From: an uncultured Bacteroidales bacterium
GTDB lineage: Bacteria > Bacteroidota > Bacteroidia > Bacteroidales > WCHB1-69
DNA: 64,000 nucleotides
Assembly: GCA_900317715.1 (NCBI GenBank)
Contig: ONHS01000004.1
Coordinates: 18,481 to 82,480 of the forward strand
Direction of reading: 5' to 3'
The notes under the pieces were generated by a model, which was not told where the DNA came from, searched no databases, and was given only the letters and a program-made list of their open reading frames with translations. Numbering within the stretch: position 1 is the stretch's first letter; every line of letters starts with the position of its first letter. Positions 25,423 through 33,529 of this stretch are shown here, one piece after another. The translations under genes and the position numbers were made by a program.

Positions 25423-25953
25423 CTATTTTTTAACGATATTGCTCAGTTTGTAGGTGGTCACCGTGCCGTTGAACTCTTCAAGCACCATTTCCACAGGAAG
25501 ATTGTCGGATTTACGTGCGGTGACGATGATCTTGGAGTAACCACGCGGCGCCTGCTTCTTGGCAGTGATGGTGACAACCTTGTTGCCGCCTTTTTCCGTA
25601 ATGGTGATGTCCGCATTGTTGTCGGTTGCCGCCTGTTTCCAGTTGCCGTGGATGCAGTTCAGGAGCGTGTTGCGATAGGTACGCATAGCGGCGTTCTTCT
25701 CGGTGTCCATCACGGATTTCTTGCCTCTGAGGTTCATTTTGATGGATTTGCCGTCGATGATGAAGTAGTCGCCTGCAGGTTTGGTGTAGGTCATTTCCAT
25801 TTTGTCTTTACCCACCAATTTCAGGGTGCCTTCCGATTCGATGGTTTTGCCGGAAGCCTTGATGAATGTGCTTTGTTTAAACTGACAGTTAACGGTTTGT
25901 GCCGACGCGATAAAGCCAGCCAGCATCAAACAAACAAACATTAATTTTCTCAT
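25423..25953 (-). CDS. LolA-like outer-membrane lipoprotein carrier / lipid-binding protein
   Basis: 176 aa. Signal peptide (GFIASAQ). The size and strand pattern (F.Q...SG...ES.G.L.L) resemble LolA-fold proteins. 6-nt gap to the acyltransferase gene. Confidence 0.5.
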   Translation of the reverse strand: MRKLMFVCLMLAGFIASAQTVNCQFKQSTFIKASGKTIESEGTLKLVGKDKMEMTYTKPAGDYFIIDGKSIKMNLRGKKSVMDTEKNAAMRTYRNTLLNCIHGNWKQAATDNNADITITEKGGNKVVTITAKKQAPRGYSKIIVTARKSDNLPVEMVLEEFNGTVTTYKLSNIVKK

Positions 25954-25988
25954 ATTCTTTGATATTTATTTCCTTGAAAAAACGGCGG

Positions 25989-25996
25989 CAAAAATA
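25989..25996 (-). promoter_or_regulatory. -7 box TAttTTTG for the LolA-like/acyltransferase operon
   Basis: The reverse complement of caaaaata matches. Lies 36 nt upstream of ATG 25953. Confidence 0.6.
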
Positions 25997-26069
25997 CATA
26001 AATTTTCATTGTTGTGACCTGATGAATCGGCTGCCGTACAACCCTCTAAAAATGCAATGATTCATGCCT

Positions 26070-26651
26070 CTAGTACGATACACGTTGGAACGCCATGCCC
26101 ACACTTTTCGCACCGTCGCCGTCAGTGTCTTTCCTGTCACCAACCATCAGACATTCAGACGGTTGACAACCAATTTCCTGGCATATCTTCTCGAAAGATT
26201 CCTTGCAGGGTTTCAGTCCGCCGAGGGCGGGCGCTTCGAAAAGGTGGTCCGCCCATTCAAGCTTGAAACCGATGGCCTTCAGCTTCTCACGCACACATCC
26301 ATAGTCGGAAAAGATGACCACTTTCTGACTGTAGGCACGGATTTCCGCCATTTTTTTTCCCACCCACGGGGCAATCCGATAATGTTCACGCAAAATACGC
26401 ACCATGTCGGGCATGTAGGTCTCAAAGTACCACCTCCGGGCCAGTTCCGGACGGGCGAAATGGGCGAAAAAGGCTTCGTAGAAGGCCTCTTCGCTATCGT
26501 AGTGATGCCCGCGCAACATTTTGCGTACCTCGCGCTCGCGTTTGAGCATACCCAAACCACCTTTCCGCAGCTGACTCAACATCAGGCGTCGTGCCAACCC
26601 GGATTTGTCATAAAGGGTGCCGTCTAGATCGAATATAATGGCTTTGTACAT
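26070..26651 (-). CDS. HAD-superfamily hydrolase (subfamily IA-like)
   Basis: 193 aa. Motif I (IIFDLDGTLYD), motif III/IV region (GLKPC...MVGDRKDTDGDGA). Confidence 0.85.
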   Translation of the reverse strand: MYKAIIFDLDGTLYDKSGLARRLMLSQLRKGGLGMLKREREVRKMLRGHHYDSEEAFYEAFFAHFARPELARRWYFETYMPDMVRILREHYRIAPWVGKKMAEIRAYSQKVVIFSDYGCVREKLKAIGFKLEWADHLFEAPALGGLKPCKESFEKICQEIGCQPSECLMVGDRKDTDGDGAKSVGMAFQRVSY

Positions 26652-26747
26652 GTTTTTGTCGGCTCGTCAGAGGTTCATTAGGCCTACTCTTTTTGCGGTT
26701 TTCGGCACCCCCGCTTTTCTGCTGAAATTTTATAAAGAATTAAACGG

Positions 26748-26755
26748 CAAATGTA
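26748..26755 (-). promoter_or_regulatory. -7 box TAcaTTTG, candidate for the HAD gene
   Basis: The reverse complement of caaatgta matches. Lies 97 nt upstream of ATG 26651. Confidence 0.45.
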
Positions 26756-26836
26756 CAAAAATTCGAATATTCAACAGCAAAAAAATAATCGCGATGGAGA
26801 TGCGATGAATAATGGTAGAGGAAAGATACTTTTTTG

Positions 26837-26844
26837 TATTTTTG
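26837..26844 (+). promoter_or_regulatory. -7 box TAttTTTG for the AI-2E transporter
   Basis: tatttttg, 41 nt before ATG 26885. Confidence 0.55.
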
Positions 26845-26884
26845 CGCTTTGATTTCTCTATGGATAATATATAACATTTTTGAT

Positions 26885-28039
26885 ATGGAAAAAGAACGCA
26901 GTATTGATCGTCTCGCCCGGTACATTATTTTGATTGGTGCCATTGCACTTGTCGCTGCGACCTGCTACTACTTCAGCAGCGTGCTTGCTTACATCATCCT
27001 GGCCTTCGTGGTCTCGCTGATCGGTCAGCCTGTGCTTCGGTTGCTCCGGCGAATCAAAATCAAGGGGAAATCAGCTCCTGACGCTGTTTTGGCGATTATC
27101 ACCCTTGTGGTCATCTTTGCCTTGTTTTTCGAGATCGTCATGCAGGTAGTCCCTGTTGTTACCAGCATTGTTGGGGAAGCCTCTTTGATGAGTGCTCAGG
27201 AATCCTTTGATAGTCAAAATATTATCGACCAAACCAACGGTTGGATCATCCAAGTGCTTCCATGGGTGGGCGAAGATTTCGACGGTGTGGCGCTGCTGAT
27301 GGAGAAAGTCTCCGAAGTGGTGGACTTGTCGAACATTTCGGGTATTCTGGGCTCCGTGGCTTCTGCTGTCGTGGGCGTTGCGGTTGGACTTTTTTCCGTC
27401 ATTTTCATCTCTTTCTTTTTCATCAAAGACGACACGCTTTTTAGACGGATTGTGGGCGCAATGGTCCCTGATGCCATCGAGGAAAGAGTGAAAAACACCA
27501 TTCATGACATTGAACGATTGCTTTCCCGCTATTTCGTGGGACTGATTGTGGAGATTCTCGGCGTGGTGCTCCTCAACTGCCTCGGACTCTGGCTTATCGC
27601 CCGTGTCGATTTCTCCTACGCCCTTGGCATTGCCTTTATTGCTGGACTTCTGAACGTTATCCCGTACGTGGGACCGCTGATTGGCGAGGTGTTAGGGGTA
27701 GTGCTTTGCATCATTTTGAAATACGGTGCAGGCATCGGACTGGGCGTGAATATTTGGGTTTTTGCTCTGATTGTCCTCGGTATTATGCTGGTCACCCAGT
27801 TGGTGGATGTTTTCATCTATCAGCCGCTCATCTATTCAACGAGCATTAAAGCGAACCCGCTGGAGATATTCGTTGTGTTGCTCATTGCGGGGCATGTAGG
27901 TGGTGTGGTAGGTATGCTCATCGCCATTCCCGCTTATACGGTCGTCCGTGTCATCGCTAGCCGCTTCTTCTACGACTTCAAACCCGTGAAACGGCTGATT
28001 CCGGATGTGGAGAAGGAAAACACCGACCCGTTGATTTAA
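26885..28039 (+). CDS. AI-2E family transporter (PerM/UPF0118)
   Basis: About 384 aa and polytopic, with a typical AI-2E helix layout (GLLNVIPYVGPLIG). ATG 26885 lies downstream of the -7 box at 26837-26844, and the ORF-track start overlaps that box. Confidence 0.8.
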   Translation: MEKERSIDRLARYIILIGAIALVAATCYYFSSVLAYIILAFVVSLIGQPVLRLLRRIKIKGKSAPDAVLAIITLVVIFALFFEIVMQVVPVVTSIVGEASLMSAQESFDSQNIIDQTNGWIIQVLPWVGEDFDGVALLMEKVSEVVDLSNISGILGSVASAVVGVAVGLFSVIFISFFFIKDDTLFRRIVGAMVPDAIEERVKNTIHDIERLLSRYFVGLIVEILGVVLLNCLGLWLIARVDFSYALGIAFIAGLLNVIPYVGPLIGEVLGVVLCIILKYGAGIGLGVNIWVFALIVLGIMLVTQLVDVFIYQPLIYSTSIKANPLEIFVVLLIAGHVGGVVGMLIAIPAYTVVRVIASRFFYDFKPVKRLIPDVEKENTDPLI

Positions 28040-28058
28040 GCGAGTCGGTGTTTTGTGT
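28020..28058. terminator. hairpin at the convergent gene ends (AI-2E transporter / hydrolase)
   Basis: ACACCGAC-N16-GTCGGTGT followed by tttgtgtt. The loop is large. Confidence 0.45.
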
Positions 28059-28070
28059 TCCTAATAATTG

Positions 28071-29504
28071 TTAAAAGCCGATGCGTGTTGCACCGGGAGG
28101 GTGATTTAACAGCCACCAGAAATCCAACCACTGAACGATTTCGTTCAATGCCAATGGGTCGATAGTGGTCTCAATTTTTCCGTATTCCTCCACGCTGCCC
28201 GTCGTGCAAGGCTGAAGCAGGTGGTTGTCCCCTTTTAGTATTGTAAAGGTGTTCAGATGGTAATGGTACTTGTCTTTCAGGTACTTGCGCATGTTCTTTT
28301 GTGCTGAAATCGCTTCCACTTGCAGGTCTTTTTCGCCGGAAATGGCCAAGACGGGCGTTTTTACCTTCTTGAGGTAGGGAATGGGGTTGATATGGAACAG
28401 CGTGAAATACCATGGCGAACTGAACGTTTGCAGGAGCGTGATTTTCCCTTCGGGAGTGAAATTGTAGTTGATTTTCTCTTCTTCTGATAATTGTGATGCG
28501 ATTTTGTCCCAATATTGCTCCAATTTGGCCATACATTGGTTTTTGTCTTTGCTTTTCTTGATGATTTGATAGATATCCTTGTTTATTTTGGTGGAATATT
28601 CTATTTGGCTGTCGGTGAGTTTGTTAGAGGCTTTTGCCAATGCGATATTTTGATAAAGCAGGATTTCGTCGAAGGGTTGCGCGACTCCGCCGAGATGTAT
28701 GGTGAATTGAACTCTGGAATCTTCTGCCGCCACCATGAAGGCCACGAGGCTGCCTTCGCTGTGTCCTAAGAGGCCCGTTTTAACATATTTTAAATCAGGT
28801 CGGAGAGAGAGGGAGTCGAGGATGAGTTTCACCGCATCCGCAAAATCGTAGGTGGTGGATTTGCGGAAAACTGCCGAGGGGAGGTCGTCGTAGCGGAAGG
28901 TGGCATAGCCGGCCTTCGTCAAGGTGTCAGCGATGACGGCGAAGGGTTTGTGCCCGCAGATACTCTCGTCACGGTCCTGCCAGCCGGAACCGCTGATGAA
29001 GACGACCAATGCTTTCGGGGTAGAGTCGGGAAGGGTGAGTGTGCCCAGAATCAGCGGATATTTGCCAGCCCGGTTCTTGAACGTAATATCCTCAGTATGA
29101 TACGGATAGGGTGGAGTGGGGGTCTGTGGTCGGCGGAAGACCTTGCGCGTGGCCCCGCGTGCGAGCGTGCACGGAAGGTGAATCTTGTGCTGCACGCATT
29201 CGCCCTGGAAAGTCGCCGTCACCGCGTCGTATTTCCCAGAAAAGCTTAGACCGATGTTGCTCACCCGAAACGACAGTGTGGAATCCTGAAAACGAATGTC
29301 CGAGGCCTGCGCCCCGACGTAATACTGGTCGGGACTGTCCATCTCAACATACAGCGTGTCGTTGCGGTATTCAACTTGCACGCCAATCGTCAGCGAGTCC
29401 TTCTTGGAAATGGCGATTTTCCCCTCCCAATACCCGGCAATCTCCTGCGCGGAAACCGCCGTCGCCGCAAACACTATAATGGTGTATATCAATACTCGTT
29501 TCAT
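28071..29504 (-). CDS. alpha/beta-hydrolase (secreted, S9/S33-like)
   Basis: 477 aa. Signal peptide and nucleophile elbow (LLGHSEGSLVA). The C-terminal half has an alpha/beta-hydrolase layout. Confidence 0.75.
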   Translation of the reverse strand: MKRVLIYTIIVFAATAVSAQEIAGYWEGKIAISKKDSLTIGVQVEYRNDTLYVEMDSPDQYYVGAQASDIRFQDSTLSFRVSNIGLSFSGKYDAVTATFQGECVQHKIHLPCTLARGATRKVFRRPQTPTPPYPYHTEDITFKNRAGKYPLILGTLTLPDSTPKALVVFISGSGWQDRDESICGHKPFAVIADTLTKAGYATFRYDDLPSAVFRKSTTYDFADAVKLILDSLSLRPDLKYVKTGLLGHSEGSLVAFMVAAEDSRVQFTIHLGGVAQPFDEILLYQNIALAKASNKLTDSQIEYSTKINKDIYQIIKKSKDKNQCMAKLEQYWDKIASQLSEEEKINYNFTPEGKITLLQTFSSPWYFTLFHINPIPYLKKVKTPVLAISGEKDLQVEAISAQKNMRKYLKDKYHYHLNTFTILKGDNHLLQPCTTGSVEEYGKIETTIDPLALNEIVQWLDFWWLLNHPPGATRIGF

Positions 29505-29507
29505 TTT

Positions 29508-29553
29508 AATTCATAATTCATAATTCATAATTCATAATTCATAATGCATAATT
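29508..29553. repeat. heptanucleotide array (AATTCAT x5, AATGCAT)
   Basis: Spans the 20-nt gap between the NUDIX stop and the hydrolase start and extends into the NUDIX 3' end. Confidence 0.9.
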
Positions 29554-30064
29554 GGTCGTTCCACAATCCCTTAAGCGACGGATACGAATCCTGCATACGG
29601 CCAGACACCTCCTTGCGCGGCACCCATACCGCTTGTGCGATGTCCTCTTCGGTTTGCGGGGTCAACGTCTGTTGCGGGGCGTGCATCTCGTACCAGTGGG
29701 TGACTTTCAGGATGTCCGTATCACGCAGGGTGTAGGTGTGATACGTGTTTGGCAACGGTTGATGGAGTTCGATGTTATGCAGTCCGGTCTCCTCTTCCAC
29801 CTCGCGCACGGCAGCCTCCTCGAAGGATTCACCCTCCTCAACTTTGCCTTTGGGGAAGTCCCAATAACCGAGACGGAAGATCATCAGAATCTCGTCGTTT
29901 TCGTTGTGCACGATGCCGCCTGCGGCGTGGATCAGCTTGTAATCTTTGGAAAACTGCTGCCACTCCTCTTTGTCTTGGATGCTGACAGGCAGGTTGTTAC
30001 GAAAGACTGTCAGCGGAAACGCCGGCAGGAAGGTCGCTTGTTCTTTATTGTCTGAATGGTTCAT
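29525..30064 (-). CDS. NUDIX hydrolase
   Basis: Nudix box (GKVEEGESFEEAAVREVEEETGL). The last six codons (IMNYEL*) are encoded by the TTCATAA heptamer array. Confidence 0.9.
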   Translation of the reverse strand: MNHSDNKEQATFLPAFPLTVFRNNLPVSIQDKEEWQQFSKDYKLIHAAGGIVHNENDEILMIFRLGYWDFPKGKVEEGESFEEAAVREVEEETGLHNIELHQPLPNTYHTYTLRDTDILKVTHWYEMHAPQQTLTPQTEEDIAQAVWVPRKEVSGRMQDSYPSLKGLWNDQLCIMNYEL

Positions 30065-30087
30065 AATCGTTTGTCAATTTTGCGGCG

Positions 30088-30095
30088 CAAAGGTA
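30088..30095 (-). promoter_or_regulatory. -7 box TAccTTTG for the NUDIX gene
   Basis: The reverse complement of caaaggta matches. Lies 24 nt upstream of ATG 30064. Confidence 0.6.
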
Positions 30096-30125
30096 CAAAA
30101 AAATGCGATTTTCCCCGAAATATGT

Positions 30126-30133
30126 TATCTTTG
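30126..30133 (+). promoter_or_regulatory. -7 box TAtcTTTG for the transglutaminase-like gene
   Basis: tatctttg, 22 nt before ATG 30155. Confidence 0.6.
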
Positions 30134-30154
30134 CGGCCTAAATATTTTTGGCTT

Positions 30155-32782
30155 ATGTGTAAAAAATCATTACCACAGTTGTTCTTCAACTTCTTGATAT
30201 GCTTTTTGTTGGCTTCTACGACCTTCGCGCAAACCGACTACTGGAGTGCGGTGTATCTGGATTGTCAAAACCGTCCCGGGGTGTCGCAAAATATATACGA
30301 GAAGATTTCGAATTATAGCATCATGTCCGACGTCCACAGTCGCGATATGGCGCAATATCTCACCTTTTTGTACGCCTACATGCCGCAGAGCGACCTCGCT
30401 GATTATGATTTAAAGTTCTTCGAGGATCAGGTGAAAGTGGCGTTGGAGGCGCGGGAGACTTTCTCTTGGGGCAAAACCATTCCCGACGACATCTTCCGCC
30501 ATTTCGTGGTCGTCTATCGCGTGAACAACGAGAATCTGGACACCGCGCGGTCGTATATCTTTCACCAGCTGAAAGACCGCATCAAGAATATGAGCATGTA
30601 CGATGCCGCGTTGGAGGTGAACCATTGGTGCCACGAATACGTTGACTATCAGCCTGCTGATGTGCGTACATCGGCGCCGTTGGCCACGTTGAAGACTTCG
30701 CACGGGCGTTGCGGCGAGGAGAGCACCCTCACGGTGACGGCGTTGCGCGCTGTGGGCATCCCAGCCCGTCAGTGCTACACCCCGCGCTGGGCGCACTGCG
30801 ACGATAACCACGCATGGGTGGAGGTCTGGGTCGATGGCAAGTGGTGGTTCCTCGGTGCCTGCGAGCCCGATCCCGACCTCAATATGGGCTGGTTTGCTTA
30901 TCCCTCCACGCGCACGATGATGGTACACACCAACGTCTTCGGCCGCTACGAGGGTCCCGAAGAGGTCAACAAGAAGACGCGGTACTATTCCTGCATCAAT
31001 GTATTGTCCAATTACGCTGATACGGTACATCTTACCATTACGGTGGTCGATGAGCAGCACCAGCCCGTCAAGGATGCTTTGGTGCGTTTCAAACTATATA
31101 ACTATGCCGAATACTACACGTTGGCCGCCAAGTTGACCGACGAGAATGGTCAGGCTTCGCTCGTCACGGGCAAGGGCGATCTGTTAGTGTGGGTTAGCAA
31201 GGATGGTATGTATGGTTATGATATAATTGATGGTCGCACCCCAAAAGGGTGTACTATAATGTTGTTCCCAAACTATATTACAGGAACACCTCTCATTCAC
31301 ATGAATGCAGAGTATTATGAGGATTTCACCATTGTGCCGCCCGTGGGCAATCCTGACATTCCCGCACCGGATCCCGTCCGTCAGGCGCGTTGCGAGCAGC
31401 GCAAGCAGTATGAGGACTCTTTGCGCGAGGCCTACCGTGCCACGTTCCCCACGGAAGCGTGGGTGAAAGCGAACCTGAAAAGCGAGTACTTCACCGACGA
31501 GGAACTCTACGACATCGTGCGCCGCAGTGAGGGCAACTATCTTGAAATCATCCTATTTCTGCAAAAGTATGACAAGAAGGAGGATGGACTTTATCTGAAA
31601 GAATTTATCAACGCATTGTCGGATAAGGATTTGCGAGATACGAAGTGGCAAACCTTGGAGCGACAGCTCACCTACTACCACGAGGGTGACTATCCGTTAG
31701 ATGTATATTTCAAAGGCATTTTGCCGGCACGAATTTCCAATGAACTGATTCGTGGTTGGCGGGGTGTAATGAGTCGCGGCTTTCATTTGTTTGATGAGGA
31801 CCGTTCCATAAAAACAATCTATGATTTCGTCAAGAAAACCATTGTGGTGGACAATGAGTGCAATTACTATAATTGTCCCATAAGTCCGATAGGCGTTATA
31901 CGTTTCAATCGGGCAGACGCCCACTCCCGCGATATTTTCTTCGTAGCGCTTTGCCGTGCTTTGAACAAACCCTGTTATTTAGACAATGCCTCCAACGAAA
32001 TATATGCGTGGGAGAACGGCAAATGGAATTTGGTGACCTTCGAAGAAAAGCCCGTTGAGGAGTACAAAACGCTTATCCTAAATAATCCCAACAAGATGGG
32101 GTATTACACGCAATACACACTGCAACGTTTTGAGAACGGGGAATTTGTGAGCTTCGATTTCGAGAACGACCCGCGTGTGGAGACCAACCCCATCGTGCTC
32201 TCCGTGCCTGCGGGTTACTATTGTCTCTCCCTGGGCGAGCGCCAACCAGACGGCAGTGTTTTCTCGCAAATGCAGTTCTTCAACGTAACGAAGGATACCA
32301 CCGTGCGTGAGATCAGCAGGGAGGTGAATCAAGATGTTGTCGTTTTTGCGAATGTACGTGAATCCGCCGGAACCATCAACATGAAGAAGACGAAAGTCGG
32401 AAATGTTTCTTTGGCTAATATTCTGAAGAAGAGCGGTAAAGAGCATCTTATACTATGTCTAGGGAAGCCTGGTACCGAACCTGTCAACCACCTGATGAAA
32501 GAGATGGCAGCCAAGCAAGAGGGTTATGAAACATGGAATGGCCCGATGTTTTTCGTTAAGAAAGAGGGACAGTGGAAAAGTGAAGCCAAACAGCCGAAAA
32601 ATCTGAATGTGGTTGAGGAGGGCTATGATGAACTCGTCGCCATTTTTAAGAAAGCGTTGAATGGCGAACTGTCCGAATGGAGCCCGATGTGCTTTGTCAT
32701 CGACAAGAATGGCCATATCCTTTACTTCTCCGAAGGCTACAACATCGGGGTGGGGGACAGGATGCTGGAAATCGTGAAATAG
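30155..32782 (+). CDS. transglutaminase-like domain protein (secreted, multi-domain)
   Basis: Signal peptide from ATG 30155 (MCKKSLPQLFFNFLICFLLASTTFAQ). Cys-His-Asp transglutaminase core (HGRCGEESTL...DNHAWVEVWVDGKWWFLGACEPD). The -7 box at 30126-30133 excludes the ORF-track start at 30056. Confidence 0.85.
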   Translation: MCKKSLPQLFFNFLICFLLASTTFAQTDYWSAVYLDCQNRPGVSQNIYEKISNYSIMSDVHSRDMAQYLTFLYAYMPQSDLADYDLKFFEDQVKVALEARETFSWGKTIPDDIFRHFVVVYRVNNENLDTARSYIFHQLKDRIKNMSMYDAALEVNHWCHEYVDYQPADVRTSAPLATLKTSHGRCGEESTLTVTALRAVGIPARQCYTPRWAHCDDNHAWVEVWVDGKWWFLGACEPDPDLNMGWFAYPSTRTMMVHTNVFGRYEGPEEVNKKTRYYSCINVLSNYADTVHLTITVVDEQHQPVKDALVRFKLYNYAEYYTLAAKLTDENGQASLVTGKGDLLVWVSKDGMYGYDIIDGRTPKGCTIMLFPNYITGTPLIHMNAEYYEDFTIVPPVGNPDIPAPDPVRQARCEQRKQYEDSLREAYRATFPTEAWVKANLKSEYFTDEELYDIVRRSEGNYLEIILFLQKYDKKEDGLYLKEFINALSDKDLRDTKWQTLERQLTYYHEGDYPLDVYFKGILPARISNELIRGWRGVMSRGFHLFDEDRSIKTIYDFVKKTIVVDNECNYYNCPISPIGVIRFNRADAHSRDIFFVALCRALNKPCYLDNASNEIYAWENGKWNLVTFEEKPVEEYKTLILNNPNKMGYYTQYTLQRFENGEFVSFDFENDPRVETNPIVLSVPAGYYCLSLGERQPDGSVFSQMQFFNVTKDTTVREISREVNQDVVVFANVRESAGTINMKKTKVGNVSLANILKKSGKEHLILCLGKPGTEPVNHLMKEMAAKQEGYETWNGPMFFVKKEGQWKSEAKQPKNLNVVEEGYDELVAIFKKALNGELSEWSPMCFVIDKNGHILYFSEGYNIGVGDRMLEIVK

Positions 32783-32941
32783 TTAGCAGTTAGCAGTTAG
32801 TAGTTAGCAGTTATGGCCAACAGCAAACCGTCAACAGCCAAAAGCTAAAAGCCAACAGCTAATAGCTAACGGCCAATAGCCAAAGTTCAAAGTTCAAGGT
32901 TCAAGGTTCAAAGTTCAAGGTTCAAAGTTCTACCATCTCCC
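32781..32941. repeat. heptanucleotide array, 23 in-phase units (AGTTAGC x4, then GCCAACA/GCTAATA family x10, then TTCAAAG/TTCAAGG x6)
   Basis: 161 nt = 23 x 7, verified unit by unit. It runs from within the stop codon at 32780-32782 to the base before ATG 32942. Confidence 0.95.
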
Positions 32942-33382
32942 ATGCTCGCAAAATTAGGATTATTCGGTCTGTTCATAGGGTGTATGCTCTCTGCCACGGT
33001 AATTCCGTTTTCTTCGGAGGCATTGCTGGCGGGAGCGTTGCTGCTCGACTATCCCACGTGGATTGTTATCCTCGTGGCATCGTTGGGCAATACGGCGGGC
33101 GGAATGATCAGCTTCGCCATGGGCTGGTTCTGCAAATGGTCGTGGATAGAGAAATACCTGAAAGTCAAGGAGGAATCCTTGGAAAAGGCACGACTGAAGG
33201 TGGAAAAATACGGCGTGCTGGCGGCGCTGCTCACCTGGCTGCCCGTCGTCGGCGATGTAATCGCCATCGCCATGGGACTCATGCGCATCCGCCCCTTCTG
33301 GACTTCCGTGCTGATGTTTGTAGGAAAAGCCGCAAGGTATATCGTGGTAGCGGGAGTGATGGGGATGGCGGTTAGCTTTTAG
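32942..33382 (+). CDS. YqaA/DedA-related small membrane protein
   Basis: 146 aa, four TM helices. The patterns VIPFSSEALL and LTWLPVVGDVIAIAMG are typical of the YqaA family. Confidence 0.75.
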   Translation: MLAKLGLFGLFIGCMLSATVIPFSSEALLAGALLLDYPTWIVILVASLGNTAGGMISFAMGWFCKWSWIEKYLKVKEESLEKARLKVEKYGVLAALLTWLPVVGDVIAIAMGLMRIRPFWTSVLMFVGKAARYIVVAGVMGMAVSF

Positions 33383-33459
33383 CAGTTAGCAGTTAGAAGT
33401 TAGTAGTTAGCAGTTAATGGCCAACAGCTAACAGCCAACAGCCAATAGCTAATAATTAA
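33383..33459. repeat. heptanucleotide array, 11 units (CAGTTAG family x5, then CAGCCAA/TAGCTAA family x5...)
   Basis: Begins immediately after the stop at 33380-33382. The first 45 nt or so are nearly identical to 32781-32824. Confidence 0.9.
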
Positions 33460-33471
33460 CAAAAAAAAATG

Positions 33472-33479
33472 TACCTTTG
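33472..33479 (+). promoter_or_regulatory. -7 box TAccTTTG for the fatty-acid CoA ligase
   Basis: tacctttg, 51 nt before ATG 33530 and directly after the heptamer array. Confidence 0.55.
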
Positions 33480-33529
33480 CGCCTTGAAATAGACATCCTC
33501 TAATTACCAGACAATCAATTAGAAACAAT

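Noticed and set aside
32781-32941. Possibility that the tandem arrays are CRISPR arrays
   Set aside because: The units are 7 nt with no spacers, there are no cas genes in the window, and the period is far below CRISPR repeat length.
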